DNA from: an uncultured Lentisphaeria bacterium
GTDB lineage: Bacteria; Verrucomicrobiota; Lentisphaeria; JABSQK01; JAJFLO01
Length of the DNA: 32,000 nucleotides
Direction: 5' to 3'
NCBI GenBank assembly: GCA_951812855.1
Contig: OX638337.1
Coordinates: 390,001-422,000, forward strand
The translations under genes were made by a program, and so were the position numbers. The notes under the pieces are model-generated. The model had not been told where the DNA came from. It ran no database searches and worked only from the letters and a program-made list of their open reading frames with translations. Of this stretch, positions 1 to 9,218 are shown one piece after another. Within the stretch, counting starts at the first letter, position 1; every line of letters begins with the position of its first letter.

Positions 1-766
1 TCGCAGCTCCACGAACTTTGTCGTTCTGACCGTTGAATACAAAAAGACTAAAATCCACCATGTCACTCTTCATACCCAAAACAGCACCGGTATCACGGGT
101 TTCATATAATTGTCTGGTTAAGGTGTCATTGATAAAATTTCCAAATTCATTTATATTACCAAAAGGCATGTATTGTTTACCTAAAATACTATATATTCCA
201 CGATCGCCGCCTATAAAAACATACGCTTCATCGACATAAAGTGTATCCTCTTTTTGGTCAGTATCTGCACCACCAGGACCGGCGAATGAACTGTTTCTAT
301 AATCCTCGTACTGGAGTCCGATAAATCCGCTAACACTTTCGGCGATATCAATATCAAGGTTTAACCTTAGCTCATCCATAATTATATCGGAAGTGTCTTC
401 CTTATTTGCCTTTGGATGGGTATCGATATCAGAGAAAAATCCGACAATATCGATATTACCGCTGATACTGACAAAATCATAATTGTCTTTTATTGCACTG
501 AATCCTTCCAGAAATGCCATGCGTTCTTTGTTTTCCAACGCATCAAAATCAGTGTTCTTTCTGATATCAGCCGGAAGTGTCGAAACAATACGATCTGTTT
601 CGACAGCTTTTTCTTCCTGAGCCTGTAACCTATTTTCAAGTTCTGACAATTTCTGTTTCAATAACTTAACCTCTTCGCGTAATAGTGAATTTTCACTGTC
701 ATTACTCCACGTTACAGGTGTAATAATTGAAACGATTAAACATAATGTAAATATTTTTTTGACCAT
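1..766 (-). CDS. Porin-like outer-membrane protein, N-terminal part (signal peptide, coiled coil, beta-rich region); C-terminus lies beyond the window
   Basis: Absent from the ORF track because it has no stop in the window. I checked every reverse-frame codon from the ATG (revcomp of 764-766) down to position 2 and found no stop. Translation: MVKKIFTLCLIVSIITPVTWSNDSENSLLREEVKLLKQKLSELENRLQAQEEKA... then beta-strand-like alternation (..LRLNLDIDIAESVSGFIGLQYEDY.. LYVDEAYVFIGG..). That gives a signal peptide, a heptad coiled coil and porin-like sequence. The + ORFs 33-239 and 416-628 are shadows of it. Confidence 0.6.
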   Translation of the reverse strand, partial: MVKKIFTLCLIVSIITPVTWSNDSENSLLREEVKLLKQKLSELENRLQAQEEKAVETDRIVSTLPADIRKNTDFDALENKERMAFLEGFSAIKDNYDFVSISGNIDIVGFFSDIDTHPKANKEDTSDIIMDELRLNLDIDIAESVSGFIGLQYEDYRNSSFAGPGGADTDQKEDTLYVDEAYVFIGGDRGIYSILGKQYMPFGNINEFGNFINDTLTRQLYETRDTGAVLGMKSDMVDFSLFVFNGQNDKVRGAA

Positions 767-1103
767 TGCTGAAACCTTTGTTTTTGGATTAATTCATAAA
801 CCTAAAATCGGGAAATAATACTAAGTTCCCATCCTCAATAAGATAGATACTGCTTACTGAATTTATGTTGATAAGTTTATGTCACCTCCTTTCAAATGAT
901 AGTTATTATTAGCCAATTCCCATTATTAAACTGTTCGTTGAACTCACAAAATAAAATGATACTGTTACCGGATAAATTATCTATAACTGTTTTATATGCA
1001 AGGACTTTTCAAAAAAAAAATCAGGGGAGCGTTAGTTTTCTAACATTTGCATTTTCACCAATCAAAACTAATTTCCATCCTCCATGCAATTTCAGATATT
1101 CTT

Positions 1104-1128
1104 TCACCTATTGGATCCCAATAGGTGA
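1104..1128. repeat. Perfect palindrome TCACCTATTGG-ATC-CCAATAGGTGA (11-bp arms, centre GGATCC) in the icd upstream region
   Basis: Read directly from the sequence. It lies about 150 bp upstream of the icd ATG in a 500-bp non-coding stretch. Function unknown (operator or hairpin). Confidence 0.9.
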
Positions 1129-1278
1129 GTGTTAAGAATTTATTGCTCATTTTAGGTAACAAAACAGAAAACAGAGTCATCGGTCTTGAAAAATTGATGC
1201 ATTGAATATATCAAACGATTTCCAACCCAAATATTAAAAATTAAAACCTTGAACTGAACCTACACAAAGGAAAATATA

Positions 1279-2487
1279 ATGCCAGAAAAAATTATTATGG
1301 AAAACGGGAAACTCTCCGTGGGAGATAATCCAACTATACCATTTATAGAGGGAGATGGTATTGGACCGGATATATGGCGTGCTGCAGTCCGAATACTTGA
1401 CAGTGCCGTAACTATCGCCTATTCAGGGAACAAAAAGATCTCATGGAGAGAAGTATTAGCTGGCCAGAAAGCCTTTGATAAAACGGGGAATTGGCTTCCT
1501 GATGAGACTGTTGAAGACTTCAGGGAATATCTTGTTGGAATTAAAGGGCCGTTGACAACTCCTGTCGGGGGTGGTTTTCGCAGCTTGAATGTTACGCTGA
1601 GACAAGTTTTGGATTTGTACGTATGTTTGAGACCCGTAAAATATTTTTCCGGTGTGCCGTCACCGGTTACTCATCCAGAATGGGTCGACATGGTCATTTT
1701 CAGAGAAAATACTGAAGATGTTTATTCCGGAAAAGAATTACAGGCTGATACCGAAGAAGCAAAGAATTTGATTTCATATTTCAAACAAAAATATGATTGG
1801 GACATCCGTACCGATTCAGGTATAGGAATAAAACCAATAAGCGAAACTGGAACAAAACGACATGTTCGTGCAGCAATAAATTATGCTGTTAACAACAACA
1901 AAAAGAGTGTGACATTGGTTCATAAAGGTAATATAATGAAATTTACAGAGGGTGCTTTTAGAAACTGGGGTTATGAATTAGCAAAGGACGAGTTTCCAGA
2001 CCAATGCGTAAGCTGGGAAGATTGTGGTGGAAATTGTCCAGATGGAAAAATATTGATTCAGGATGCTATTGCGGATATTTTTCTACAGCAGATTTTAACC
2101 CGCCCCAGAGAATTTGACGTTATCGCGACAATGAATTTAAATGGCGATTATATATCGGATGCCCTTGCTGCCCAGGTGGGTGGTATCGGTATTGCTCCTG
2201 GAGGGAATATTAACTATGTAACAGGACATGCTATTTTTGAAGCAACACATGGTACCGCACCGAAATACGCGGATATGGACAAAGTTAATCCCGGCAGTGT
2301 AACATTATCGGGTGAAATGATGCTAAGATATTTAGGTTGGACTGAAGCTGCTGATCTAATTATTAAAGGTATTGAGAGTGCAATTTCAGAAAAAATCGTA
2401 ACGTATGATTTCGCTCGATTAATGGACGGTGCAAATGAAGTTAAATGTTCAGAATTTGCCGACGCTGTCATTCAACGAATGAAGTAG
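1279..2487 (+). CDS. icd: Isocitrate dehydrogenase (NADP-dependent, homodimeric type)
   Basis: 402-aa ORF with IDH/IMDH family hallmarks in the translation: [60 protein letters not shown]. Confidence 0.95.
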   Translation: MPEKIIMENGKLSVGDNPTIPFIEGDGIGPDIWRAAVRILDSAVTIAYSGNKKISWREVLAGQKAFDKTGNWLPDETVEDFREYLVGIKGPLTTPVGGGFRSLNVTLRQVLDLYVCLRPVKYFSGVPSPVTHPEWVDMVIFRENTEDVYSGKELQADTEEAKNLISYFKQKYDWDIRTDSGIGIKPISETGTKRHVRAAINYAVNNNKKSVTLVHKGNIMKFTEGAFRNWGYELAKDEFPDQCVSWEDCGGNCPDGKILIQDAIADIFLQQILTRPREFDVIATMNLNGDYISDALAAQVGGIGIAPGGNINYVTGHAIFEATHGTAPKYADMDKVNPGSVTLSGEMMLRYLGWTEAADLIIKGIESAISEKIVTYDFARLMDGANEVKCSEFADAVIQRMK

Positions 2488-2598
2488 TATAGACCCTTCG
2501 GCACTCCGCAGCTGTCAGTTACTCGTTTTGCATTGCAAATTGTTTCTTTGAAACTTGGCTGTCTTGGCACACATTTGCATAGACGGGTTTGGTTAAAT

Positions 2599-3804
2599 TT
2601 AACAATTCAATATTAATTTCATCAGAGAATCACCAGTTAAATAACCAAGACTCCCGTGCTTTGCTTCGACTTCAGAAAAACAGCTGCACCTGTCCTTTTT
2701 GATATGATTTCCCAAAATCGCAAACGGCACTGGATCCCTGGTGTGAATTCGAAGTCTTACCGGGACAGGATGATCAGGCAAAACTGCATACGTAATATCT
2801 CGTTCTGCTAACTTCTCTCTAACTCTGCCAATCATACGTTTATCGATATCTTCGACAGCCTTTAACTTCAAATCAAGATCGCCAAGATGTGAACACTCAT
2901 CAACCGCCTCAACATGAAGGTAAACAAAATCATGGTCTTCCAGTGCCGCAACTGCAGCATCGGCTTTTCCTTCATAATTTGTGTCAACAAATCCTGTTGC
3001 ACCAGGAACCTTTATCATTTCAAGTCCAACACATTTTCCTAAACCGAAAATTACATCTACAGCACTGATAATTGCTCCTGAAATATTACCATATTTTTGT
3101 TTAAATGATGGTAGATTCGGCTTCTTCCCCGGACTCCATGGCCATATCATGTTTGCAGATTGAGACCGGGTTTTGTTAATCGGATGCTGCTCTAAAAACG
3201 GCCGTGTTTTATACATAAGATCATTAAGAAAGTCTGCGGTAAATTTGGCTTCTGGACTATTATCTGCGGGTTTGAGCAGCAGATCTTCAATCTTCTTTCC
3301 CTGTGACGCGTCCGGCTTTTCGTAGTTTAGATTTGTACTGAATTTATCACCATGCAGCATCAATATATTGCGATAGCTGACTCCGGAATAAAACGTAAAA
3401 TCATCACAGTTAAATTCCTCTCCAAGACCCTCTATCAAACATTTTGCATCAGCATTATTGATATGTCCACCGGAATAGCCCTCTAAAGTATCCCCGTCTG
3501 CATGGATCAAATTACACCGCCATGCACTATCCTCAGCGTTCATTTCAATGCCTTGACTAAATGCTTCCAACGGTCCTCGCCCGGTGTAGTGTTGTGCCGG
3601 ATCATATCCCAGTACCGACATATTCGCCACATCCGATGAAGTTGGATAGCCTTCAGGCAATGTTAAAAAAGTACCCGATGCACCTTCTGAAGCAATCCAA
3701 TCCATATTTGGAGTATCTGCATACTCCACCGGTGTTTTTCCGCCCAGTTCAGGCAAGGGATCGTCAGCCATTCCATCAGTTAATATCAATATTGTTTTAT
3801 TCAC
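2599..3804 (-). CDS. apgM: Cofactor-independent phosphoglycerate mutase, archaeal type (ApgM family)
   Basis: 401 aa. N-terminus ILILTDGMADDP..GGKTP..ADTPNMD, then SSDVANMSVLGYDP, FVYLHVEAVDECSHLGD and LPDHPVP. These are the alkaline-phosphatase-superfamily metal ligands in the ApgM arrangement. Confidence 0.88.
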   Translation of the reverse strand: MNKTILILTDGMADDPLPELGGKTPVEYADTPNMDWIASEGASGTFLTLPEGYPTSSDVANMSVLGYDPAQHYTGRGPLEAFSQGIEMNAEDSAWRCNLIHADGDTLEGYSGGHINNADAKCLIEGLGEEFNCDDFTFYSGVSYRNILMLHGDKFSTNLNYEKPDASQGKKIEDLLLKPADNSPEAKFTADFLNDLMYKTRPFLEQHPINKTRSQSANMIWPWSPGKKPNLPSFKQKYGNISGAIISAVDVIFGLGKCVGLEMIKVPGATGFVDTNYEGKADAAVAALEDHDFVYLHVEAVDECSHLGDLDLKLKAVEDIDKRMIGRVREKLAERDITYAVLPDHPVPVRLRIHTRDPVPFAILGNHIKKDRCSCFSEVEAKHGSLGYLTGDSLMKLILNC

Positions 3805-4195
3805 TATTGCATTCTTTATTGTTAGAATTACGACCGATTACTCCAGCCCGTTCCAAAATTACCTCTGCAATTTTTCTATGAACCCCCAGTGGTTCAGTAA
3901 CCCTGTATGATATTTCTGGATAGTTTGACGCACAGTCCGCTACCATTTCAGGGATATCACAGGTTGAATGCCGTCCGGGTGAAAGCATATAGGGATGGAC
4001 AATAATCTCTGTTGCACCCGCCTCTACACAGGCCCTGAATCCATCTGCAATCATCGGTCTGGCAAGCTCCATGTGTGCAATTTTTACAATTATCTCAGGC
4101 TGGAGGTCTCTTAAAACATCTGCAACATCTTCCAACATCAGATTCGCCGCATCTTTTTGGGATCCATGATCAATTATTAAAAGTGCTTTGGACAA
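3797..4195 (-). CDS. cbiX: Small CbiX/SirB-type sirohydrochlorin chelatase
   Basis: 132 aa: LLIIDHGS..., ...IIVHPYMLSPGRHS..., the class II chelatase CbiX(S) pattern. The start is TTG at 4195, with a stop 8 codons upstream and no ATG. Its 3' end overlaps the apgM start by 8 nt, so the two are probably co-transcribed. Confidence 0.72.
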   Translation of the reverse strand: MSKALLIIDHGSQKDAANLMLEDVADVLRDLQPEIIVKIAHMELARPMIADGFRACVEAGATEIIVHPYMLSPGRHSTCDIPEMVADCASNYPEISYRVTEPLGVHRKIAEVILERAGVIGRNSNNKECNSE

Positions 4196-4919
4196 TTCAG
4201 TACCTGAAACCAGAGATTAACGTAAAAGGAAAATTCAAATTAAAAATCAATAAGCGGAGTAAAATCGTGTCGAAATCACAAAGATTCAAATGAATATCAA
4301 TCGTGATCGGGAAAACTCTGCTTGAAATCCGACTTTTTATTCTCACTCAGGGCGATACCATGACAGGAAAAAATCCACTCTTAATCGTTAAATTGTTGAT
4401 TCTGGCTGATTATCTGAAGTTGATGCTTCTGAAAGCGTGCAGGTTGTGTCAATAAAATGGCTGGTCCAGTGAAGATAAACCGTATTGGGGATATGATTCT
4501 GCAGATAATTCTCACAGCGTAAAACTGGCGGGGATCCTCATTTCCCCCTGATATCAAAAATCTTTACCTGAAAATTTTCAAGCATGTTATAAAGAATAAC
4601 AGCTGATATGAGTGGTTTGTCATCTATTTGAAGAGCCTGTTGGTTTTTGATCAACACTATTCTGGTCAGTTTTTTTTTACACACTTGATTCTAAAAAGTC
4701 TCTGAAGGGAGTATACCTTCGACTCTCAAGTCATTGAAATTTAAGATTACATCTACATTTTATTGATATCGCTTTATTTACCAATTCGCAACCCGTTGCA
4801 TAACTCGTATAGAATATAACGAGCAAAGCCCCTTCATATATGAATGATTCAGCCGAGCACAGTCCATAGGTTTTAATCGGGTTCAAGATAATTTAAGTTG
4901 TCTTGAGCCTTTAATTATT

Positions 4920-7697
4920 ATGAGTAAACAAAAAAAAATAGTTGCTGAAATTGATTTTGATCATTCTCCGGATGATGTGACACTTCGTTTTTACCAGTCA
5001 ACGGATGATGGAAACATCATTTTAAGAATTCAGGAATTATTTAATATCGTTAAATCTATTCAGCGTGATGAATCAAATAATTGGCGTGATATAGATCAAC
5101 GTTTATTGCGACAGCTCTGGCCGCATATTAATAAGCCTTATATTATCAAATCCAACCTGCAAATATTGAAACTGTCAAAAGTGAAATTTAAAAATTTTCA
5201 TGAATCCTGGTCTGATTATCCGGAGCGATTCATCGAAAAAAATTCCCGGGCATTTTATGAATACAATGTACCTACGGCAAAAATCGAATTTGAGTTAGAA
5301 AGTTTAGGTGCAAAAAGTAAACTCTCAGCTAAGATTAAACTCGCTGACAACACGAGTTATGACTATTTCAAAGTAAAAAATTTTAAGGCAGGAACTGAAA
5401 CGTTAGTATCGATAAAGAATTTACTTTACCGAATTACAGAATTTCCAATAAAGAAAGAAATTTTAGATAGTGTCTTTGGAACCTCAATCCCTGTTATTCC
5501 TACATCAAAAATAGTTGAACATCTGCCATCCCTTTTACAAAACCGGTTTGATATATTAAGTGGGCCATCCGTTAATCATATTCAAAAACCAGTAAAACCT
5601 CACGTAAAACTTTGCGACGACGGTGCCGATATTATGATTTCAATTCAATTAAACGGCACTGAAATTGATCTGTCTAATACACATCTAATCAGTCACATTA
5701 AACTCATAAGAAACGGAAATGTTTTTGAGGTTGTGCACTACTCAAGTAAGAGTATGAAAAGCATGATAGACCAGTTGAAAAACCTCAATATTAAACATGC
5801 ATATGGAAAAAAATGGAAACTCGCCGGCACCACAGAAAACCTAAGCAGACTGTACAAAATTCATCAATCCTCGAAGGATAAAATGACCTGCGGAACAGCA
5901 CCAAATCTCAGGTCAATTTTTGAGGATGCAAGGGTATTTAATCCAGTCTTGTCGCTGCAGAGGAACGAGGGTTGGTTAGACATGTCAATTTCGTGCGAAA
6001 GTGATTCATTGGAAATTGATCAGGATCAATTTAATCATATCAAAAAATTTCAACCTGAATTCATTCGGACCGGGAATGGAAGCTGGATAAGAATTGATAA
6101 TAATTCCATTAATAATGTTGCACAGAAATTGGATAATTCAGGATTTGAGCTGGGCTATCAGCGAGTCCCGATTACCCTGTCCAAAAAAATCATTGACAGA
6201 GTTAATTGTGAACCGGATCTTAGAATTCAAAAGTCATCAAGAGATTTAATCAATGAATTAGTAATTTTGAACAAATTGCCCATCCCTAAAATGTCATCTG
6301 TACTGGCTGCAATATTACGGGAATATCAAAAATCCGGTGCAGAATTTTTATTTAATAGAAACCACTTTAAACTGGGATGCATTTTAGCTGACGAGATGGG
6401 CCTGGGTAAAACGATTCAGCTTCTTGCATACATTGATTGTATAATTAATCAAAATAAAAACAGCAAATTTTTAGTGGTATGCCCTTCCTCAGTAATCTCA
6501 GTATGGGTAAACGAATGTCATAAATTCACTCCAAATATCACGATACTCAATTCATCAGAGGTATCGCGGACAAATCGTAAAACCCTGATAAATAAATCTG
6601 AAAATTGGGATGTGTCGGTTACCTCATATGCACTGCTTCGAAATGATATAGACCAGCTTAAAAACAGACATTTTCACGCAATTATTCTTGATGAAGCCCA
6701 TTATATTAAAAATCCGGAAACTGAAATCTGCAGAGCGGTTAAAAAACTAAACTCGGATCACCGAATCGCTCTGACAGGAACGCCGCTTGAAAACAAATTA
6801 ATTGATCTATGGTCAATTATTGATTTTCTAAATCCCGGATTTCTGGGCAGTTTGAATGAGTTTAAATCATCTTATACAAATTCATTTATTCCTCCAGAGA
6901 TTTTTAAGCAAAGAATTTCGCCGTTAATATTGCGTCGGACGAAACGTGAAGTGGAAACGGAATTACCGGAGCGAACGGAAGAAATTATTTCAATGCCACT
7001 TTCTGCAATGCAGGCAAAATTATACAAAACAGAGCTGGAATCAATTAGAAAAAGCTTGAACAAAAATGGGATATTTGAAATTTTTGCAGGTTTAACACGA
7101 TTACGGCAAATATGTTGTGACGCAAGATTACTGAAAACATCAATGCAGCAATCAGACTCGGAAGACACTGCCGATTTTTCATATTCTGCTAAATTGGCCT
7201 GTCTTATTGATCGATTACTCGAGCTAAGAGAAACTAACCATTCTGTTCTGATATTCAGCCAGTTTACAAGTATGCTGGAGTTAATTGAAACCGAATTAAA
7301 TCGTCATAATTTCAATATATTCAAGATCACTGGGAAAACACCCGTAAAAAAGCGAACCGGATATGTCGAAGAATTTCAAGAATCGACGAACCCGTCAGTG
7401 TTTTTATTAAGTCTTAAAGCCGCATCAACCGGCTTAACGTTAACCAGAGCTGATTACGTATTTATATACGATCCCTGGTGGAATCCGGCTGTTGAGAATC
7501 AGGCGATTGACAGAACCCACAGAATTGGTCAGGACAAACCCGTCATTGCCTATCGACTCGTTGTTGAAAATACGATTGAAGAAAAGATAATTTTAATGCA
7601 AAACGAAAAGCGCAAATTATTCTCTGAGGTTATTGAAAACCAAACACACACCGCATCCAACTTATCAGCCGATGATTTAATCGAATTATTAAGCTAA
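4920..7697 (+). CDS. SNF2-family DNA-dependent ATPase (YwqA-like: about 450-aa uncharacterised N-terminal region plus C-terminal SNF2 core)
   Basis: 925 aa. All SNF2 motifs are intact: ADEMGLGKT (I), ILDEAHYIKN (II), LTGTPLEN (III), LSLKAASTGLTLT (V), WNPAVENQAIDRTHRIGQ (VI). I recognise no domain in the N-terminal half. Confidence 0.9.
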   Translation: MSKQKKIVAEIDFDHSPDDVTLRFYQSTDDGNIILRIQELFNIVKSIQRDESNNWRDIDQRLLRQLWPHINKPYIIKSNLQILKLSKVKFKNFHESWSDYPERFIEKNSRAFYEYNVPTAKIEFELESLGAKSKLSAKIKLADNTSYDYFKVKNFKAGTETLVSIKNLLYRITEFPIKKEILDSVFGTSIPVIPTSKIVEHLPSLLQNRFDILSGPSVNHIQKPVKPHVKLCDDGADIMISIQLNGTEIDLSNTHLISHIKLIRNGNVFEVVHYSSKSMKSMIDQLKNLNIKHAYGKKWKLAGTTENLSRLYKIHQSSKDKMTCGTAPNLRSIFEDARVFNPVLSLQRNEGWLDMSISCESDSLEIDQDQFNHIKKFQPEFIRTGNGSWIRIDNNSINNVAQKLDNSGFELGYQRVPITLSKKIIDRVNCEPDLRIQKSSRDLINELVILNKLPIPKMSSVLAAILREYQKSGAEFLFNRNHFKLGCILADEMGLGKTIQLLAYIDCIINQNKNSKFLVVCPSSVISVWVNECHKFTPNITILNSSEVSRTNRKTLINKSENWDVSVTSYALLRNDIDQLKNRHFHAIILDEAHYIKNPETEICRAVKKLNSDHRIALTGTPLENKLIDLWSIIDFLNPGFLGSLNEFKSSYTNSFIPPEIFKQRISPLILRRTKREVETELPERTEEIISMPLSAMQAKLYKTELESIRKSLNKNGIFEIFAGLTRLRQICCDARLLKTSMQQSDSEDTADFSYSAKLACLIDRLLELRETNHSVLIFSQFTSMLELIETELNRHNFNIFKITGKTPVKKRTGYVEEFQESTNPSVFLLSLKAASTGLTLTRADYVFIYDPWWNPAVENQAIDRTHRIGQDKPVIAYRLVVENTIEEKIILMQNEKRKLFSEVIENQTHTASNLSADDLIELLS

Positions 7698-7784
7698 ACA
7701 AAAAAATTTGTGCTCAAAATAATAAATTATATATTGCATTCAGATTATTTATCGAATACTCGAGCACTTTCTCATAATTGGATT

Positions 7785-8216
7785 ATGGCAATAGATGTTC
7801 CGATCTTTAGATTTCTCAATAAAGAACAAGGAAAAACAATAGCAAAGGCATTTAAAATCATTAAATGTAAAAAAGGTGAAACCGTGCTTACCTATGGTGA
7901 ACCTGTTCCCGGCATCTTTAGTGTAGTTGAGGGTGTTGCAGAGATTTTTACCGGTAATTTTGATCCCTTTTTGACCAAGCTTGAATACGGTAATACTATC
8001 GGAGAAATGTCGTTAATTGAAAACCGAACAGCATCTGCAAATGTCAGAGTTTCTCAGGATGATACAGTGCTGTTATTATGTAAATCTGATGACTTCAGGA
8101 AAGTCTTAAATGATGATCTGATCTGGCTGCCAATCTTTACAAAAGTGCAGCAACAGGCATACTGTCAAATCGGATATAGATTCCCCAAAAAAATTGAAAT
8201 CCAGTTTGTGCCATAA
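7785..8216 (+). CDS. Cyclic-nucleotide-binding (cNMP/CAP-effector) domain protein, single domain
   Basis: The ORF track starts it at GTG 7710; ATG 7785 (MAIDVPIFRFL...) fits the domain boundary better. The domain reads GETVLTYGEPVPGIFSVVEGVAEI....GNTIGEMSLIENRTASANVRV. The last ~30 aa look non-homologous. An alternative frame reads SDLAANLYKSAATGILSNRI*, so a 3' frameshift is possible. Confidence 0.7.
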   Translation: MAIDVPIFRFLNKEQGKTIAKAFKIIKCKKGETVLTYGEPVPGIFSVVEGVAEIFTGNFDPFLTKLEYGNTIGEMSLIENRTASANVRVSQDDTVLLLCKSDDFRKVLNDDLIWLPIFTKVQQQAYCQIGYRFPKKIEIQFVP

Positions 8217-8646
8217 CCGGATTCGCTGATGGTATCGGCAAGGTGCCGGCCCATCACTATGCAAAATACGGTTATGATATAGTCGGGATCAACAGGGATC
8301 AGGAAAAATCAAAACAGACAGTATCTGAATTGATGAAATATAACTCTCTTAACAGCTGATCTTGCTCAGAAATCAGATTTAGCAGAGTTAGAAACAAGAC
8401 TTATTAATAATCATGCATTTAATGTTTTCATTCACAATGCCGGCATTAGTTCGACCAGTCGATTTACTGATTCAAATTTAAACTCCCACGCGAATGTTTT
8501 ATCAATGAATTTAAATGCCCCAATCCGATTAATATTATCATTGCTAAAACATAACAAACCCGCCGGCGGCGGGGTCGTTAGTATTTGTATTTTCATTGAG
8601 CAAATATGTCCGTTCCCCGAGTACAGCAGTATATGCAGCGACAAAG
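8198..8646 (+). pseudogene. Short-chain dehydrogenase/reductase (SDR) pseudogene: no start codon, at least 2 frameshifts, truncated after YxxxK
   Basis: Three frames must be joined. Frame 1: NPVCAITGFADGIGKVPAHHYAKYGYDIVGINRDQEKSKQTVSEL..(stop 8357). Frame 2: TADLAQKSDLAELETRLINNHAFNVFIHNAGIS...NLNAPIRLILSLLKHNKPAGGGVV. Frame 3: VFVFSLSKYVRSPSTAVYAATK. These give the TGxxxGIG, NNAG and S..YxxxK SDR motifs in the right order. Confidence 0.65.
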
Positions 8647-8873
8647 GATGGGAGTGGTGCCTTGACCAAGGTGATTGGAAGAGTGGCACATTTACTGACA
8701 CTTATATTAATAAAATTAAAAATCCATTGTGCAAAAAAGGAAGTGGTCCTGTTATTCGGGGTGGATGCTGGAGTCTTGATGCAGATCGATGTCGATCATC
8801 GAATCGCGGCGTTTATGCACCATCGGATTCAAATAATTATCCGGGATTTAGAATTGTCTTTTCCCATGATTGA
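8647..8873 (+). pseudogene. C-terminal fragment of a formylglycine-generating-enzyme (FGE/SUMF1-like) domain protein
   Basis: The tail of ORF 8505-8873 reads GWEWCLDQGDW...NPLCKKGSGPVIRGGCWSLDADRCRSSNRGVYAPSDSNNYPGFRIVFSHD. This matches the family pattern WEW..D..Y...P.GP...rV.RGG.W......R...R...P.....GFR. The N-terminal ~200 aa of such a domain are missing. Confidence 0.6.
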
Positions 8874-9218
8874 TACGAATCAGGTTCTTGAAAAAATTAT
8901 GTATTTCTACTTGCCGTTTTAACAATAATGTATAGTTTACTTTTTTCCTTCACCTTAGGAAAGACAGTTTTAGACAATCCACCATTCAAGGATTTAACCC
9001 GAATTCCGAAGTTGGCTGTGGATGCAGAGTGGCAAGATAATACTGAAAAAGGAATACGAAATATCAGTATGTCTAAAGACAGACTTCTTTAGAATGTGTT
9101 TTAAACTTGGTCTCAAACCATTGATTATTACCAGACGCCACACTGCAATTTCGAAACTCGGGCTTCATAATCCTTGAGCAATTTTAATTAGCAGTTTTAC
9201 AATTTAAGGAGATTCATT

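Noticed and set aside
33-628. Plus-strand ORFs 33-239 and 416-628
   Set aside because: They lie antisense to a continuous, convincing reverse-strand porin-like ORF (1-766). Their composition is typical of shadow ORFs.
896-1135. ORF 896-1135 (79 aa)
   Set aside because: It sits in an AT-rich intergenic region and has a low-complexity translation, no RBS and no recognisable family. It ends inside the palindrome.
4457-4480. SRP-RNA-like stretch GGCTGGTCCAGTGAAGATAAACC
   Set aside because: It differs at several positions from the domain IV consensus (AGGUCCGGAAGGAAGCAGCC) and has no GNAR tetraloop or flanking helix.
4435-4550. Cobalamin-riboswitch-like words on the reverse strand upstream of cbiX (GGGGGAA..CCCCGCCAG..CTGT..AATACGGTT..CACTGG..AGCCA...ACCTGC)
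   Set aside because: The conserved GGUG.AA.UCC segment is absent. The B12-box equivalent is split by about 16 nt (AGCCAttttattgacacaACCTGC). The element would sit about 240 nt from the TTG start. Only a covariance-model scan could rescue it.
8928-9092. 54-codon ORF containing GKTVLDNPPF, reminiscent of amino-MTase motif IV
   Set aside because: The match is a single tetrapeptide with no surrounding MTase motifs. It is too short to distinguish from chance, though it may be one more relic.
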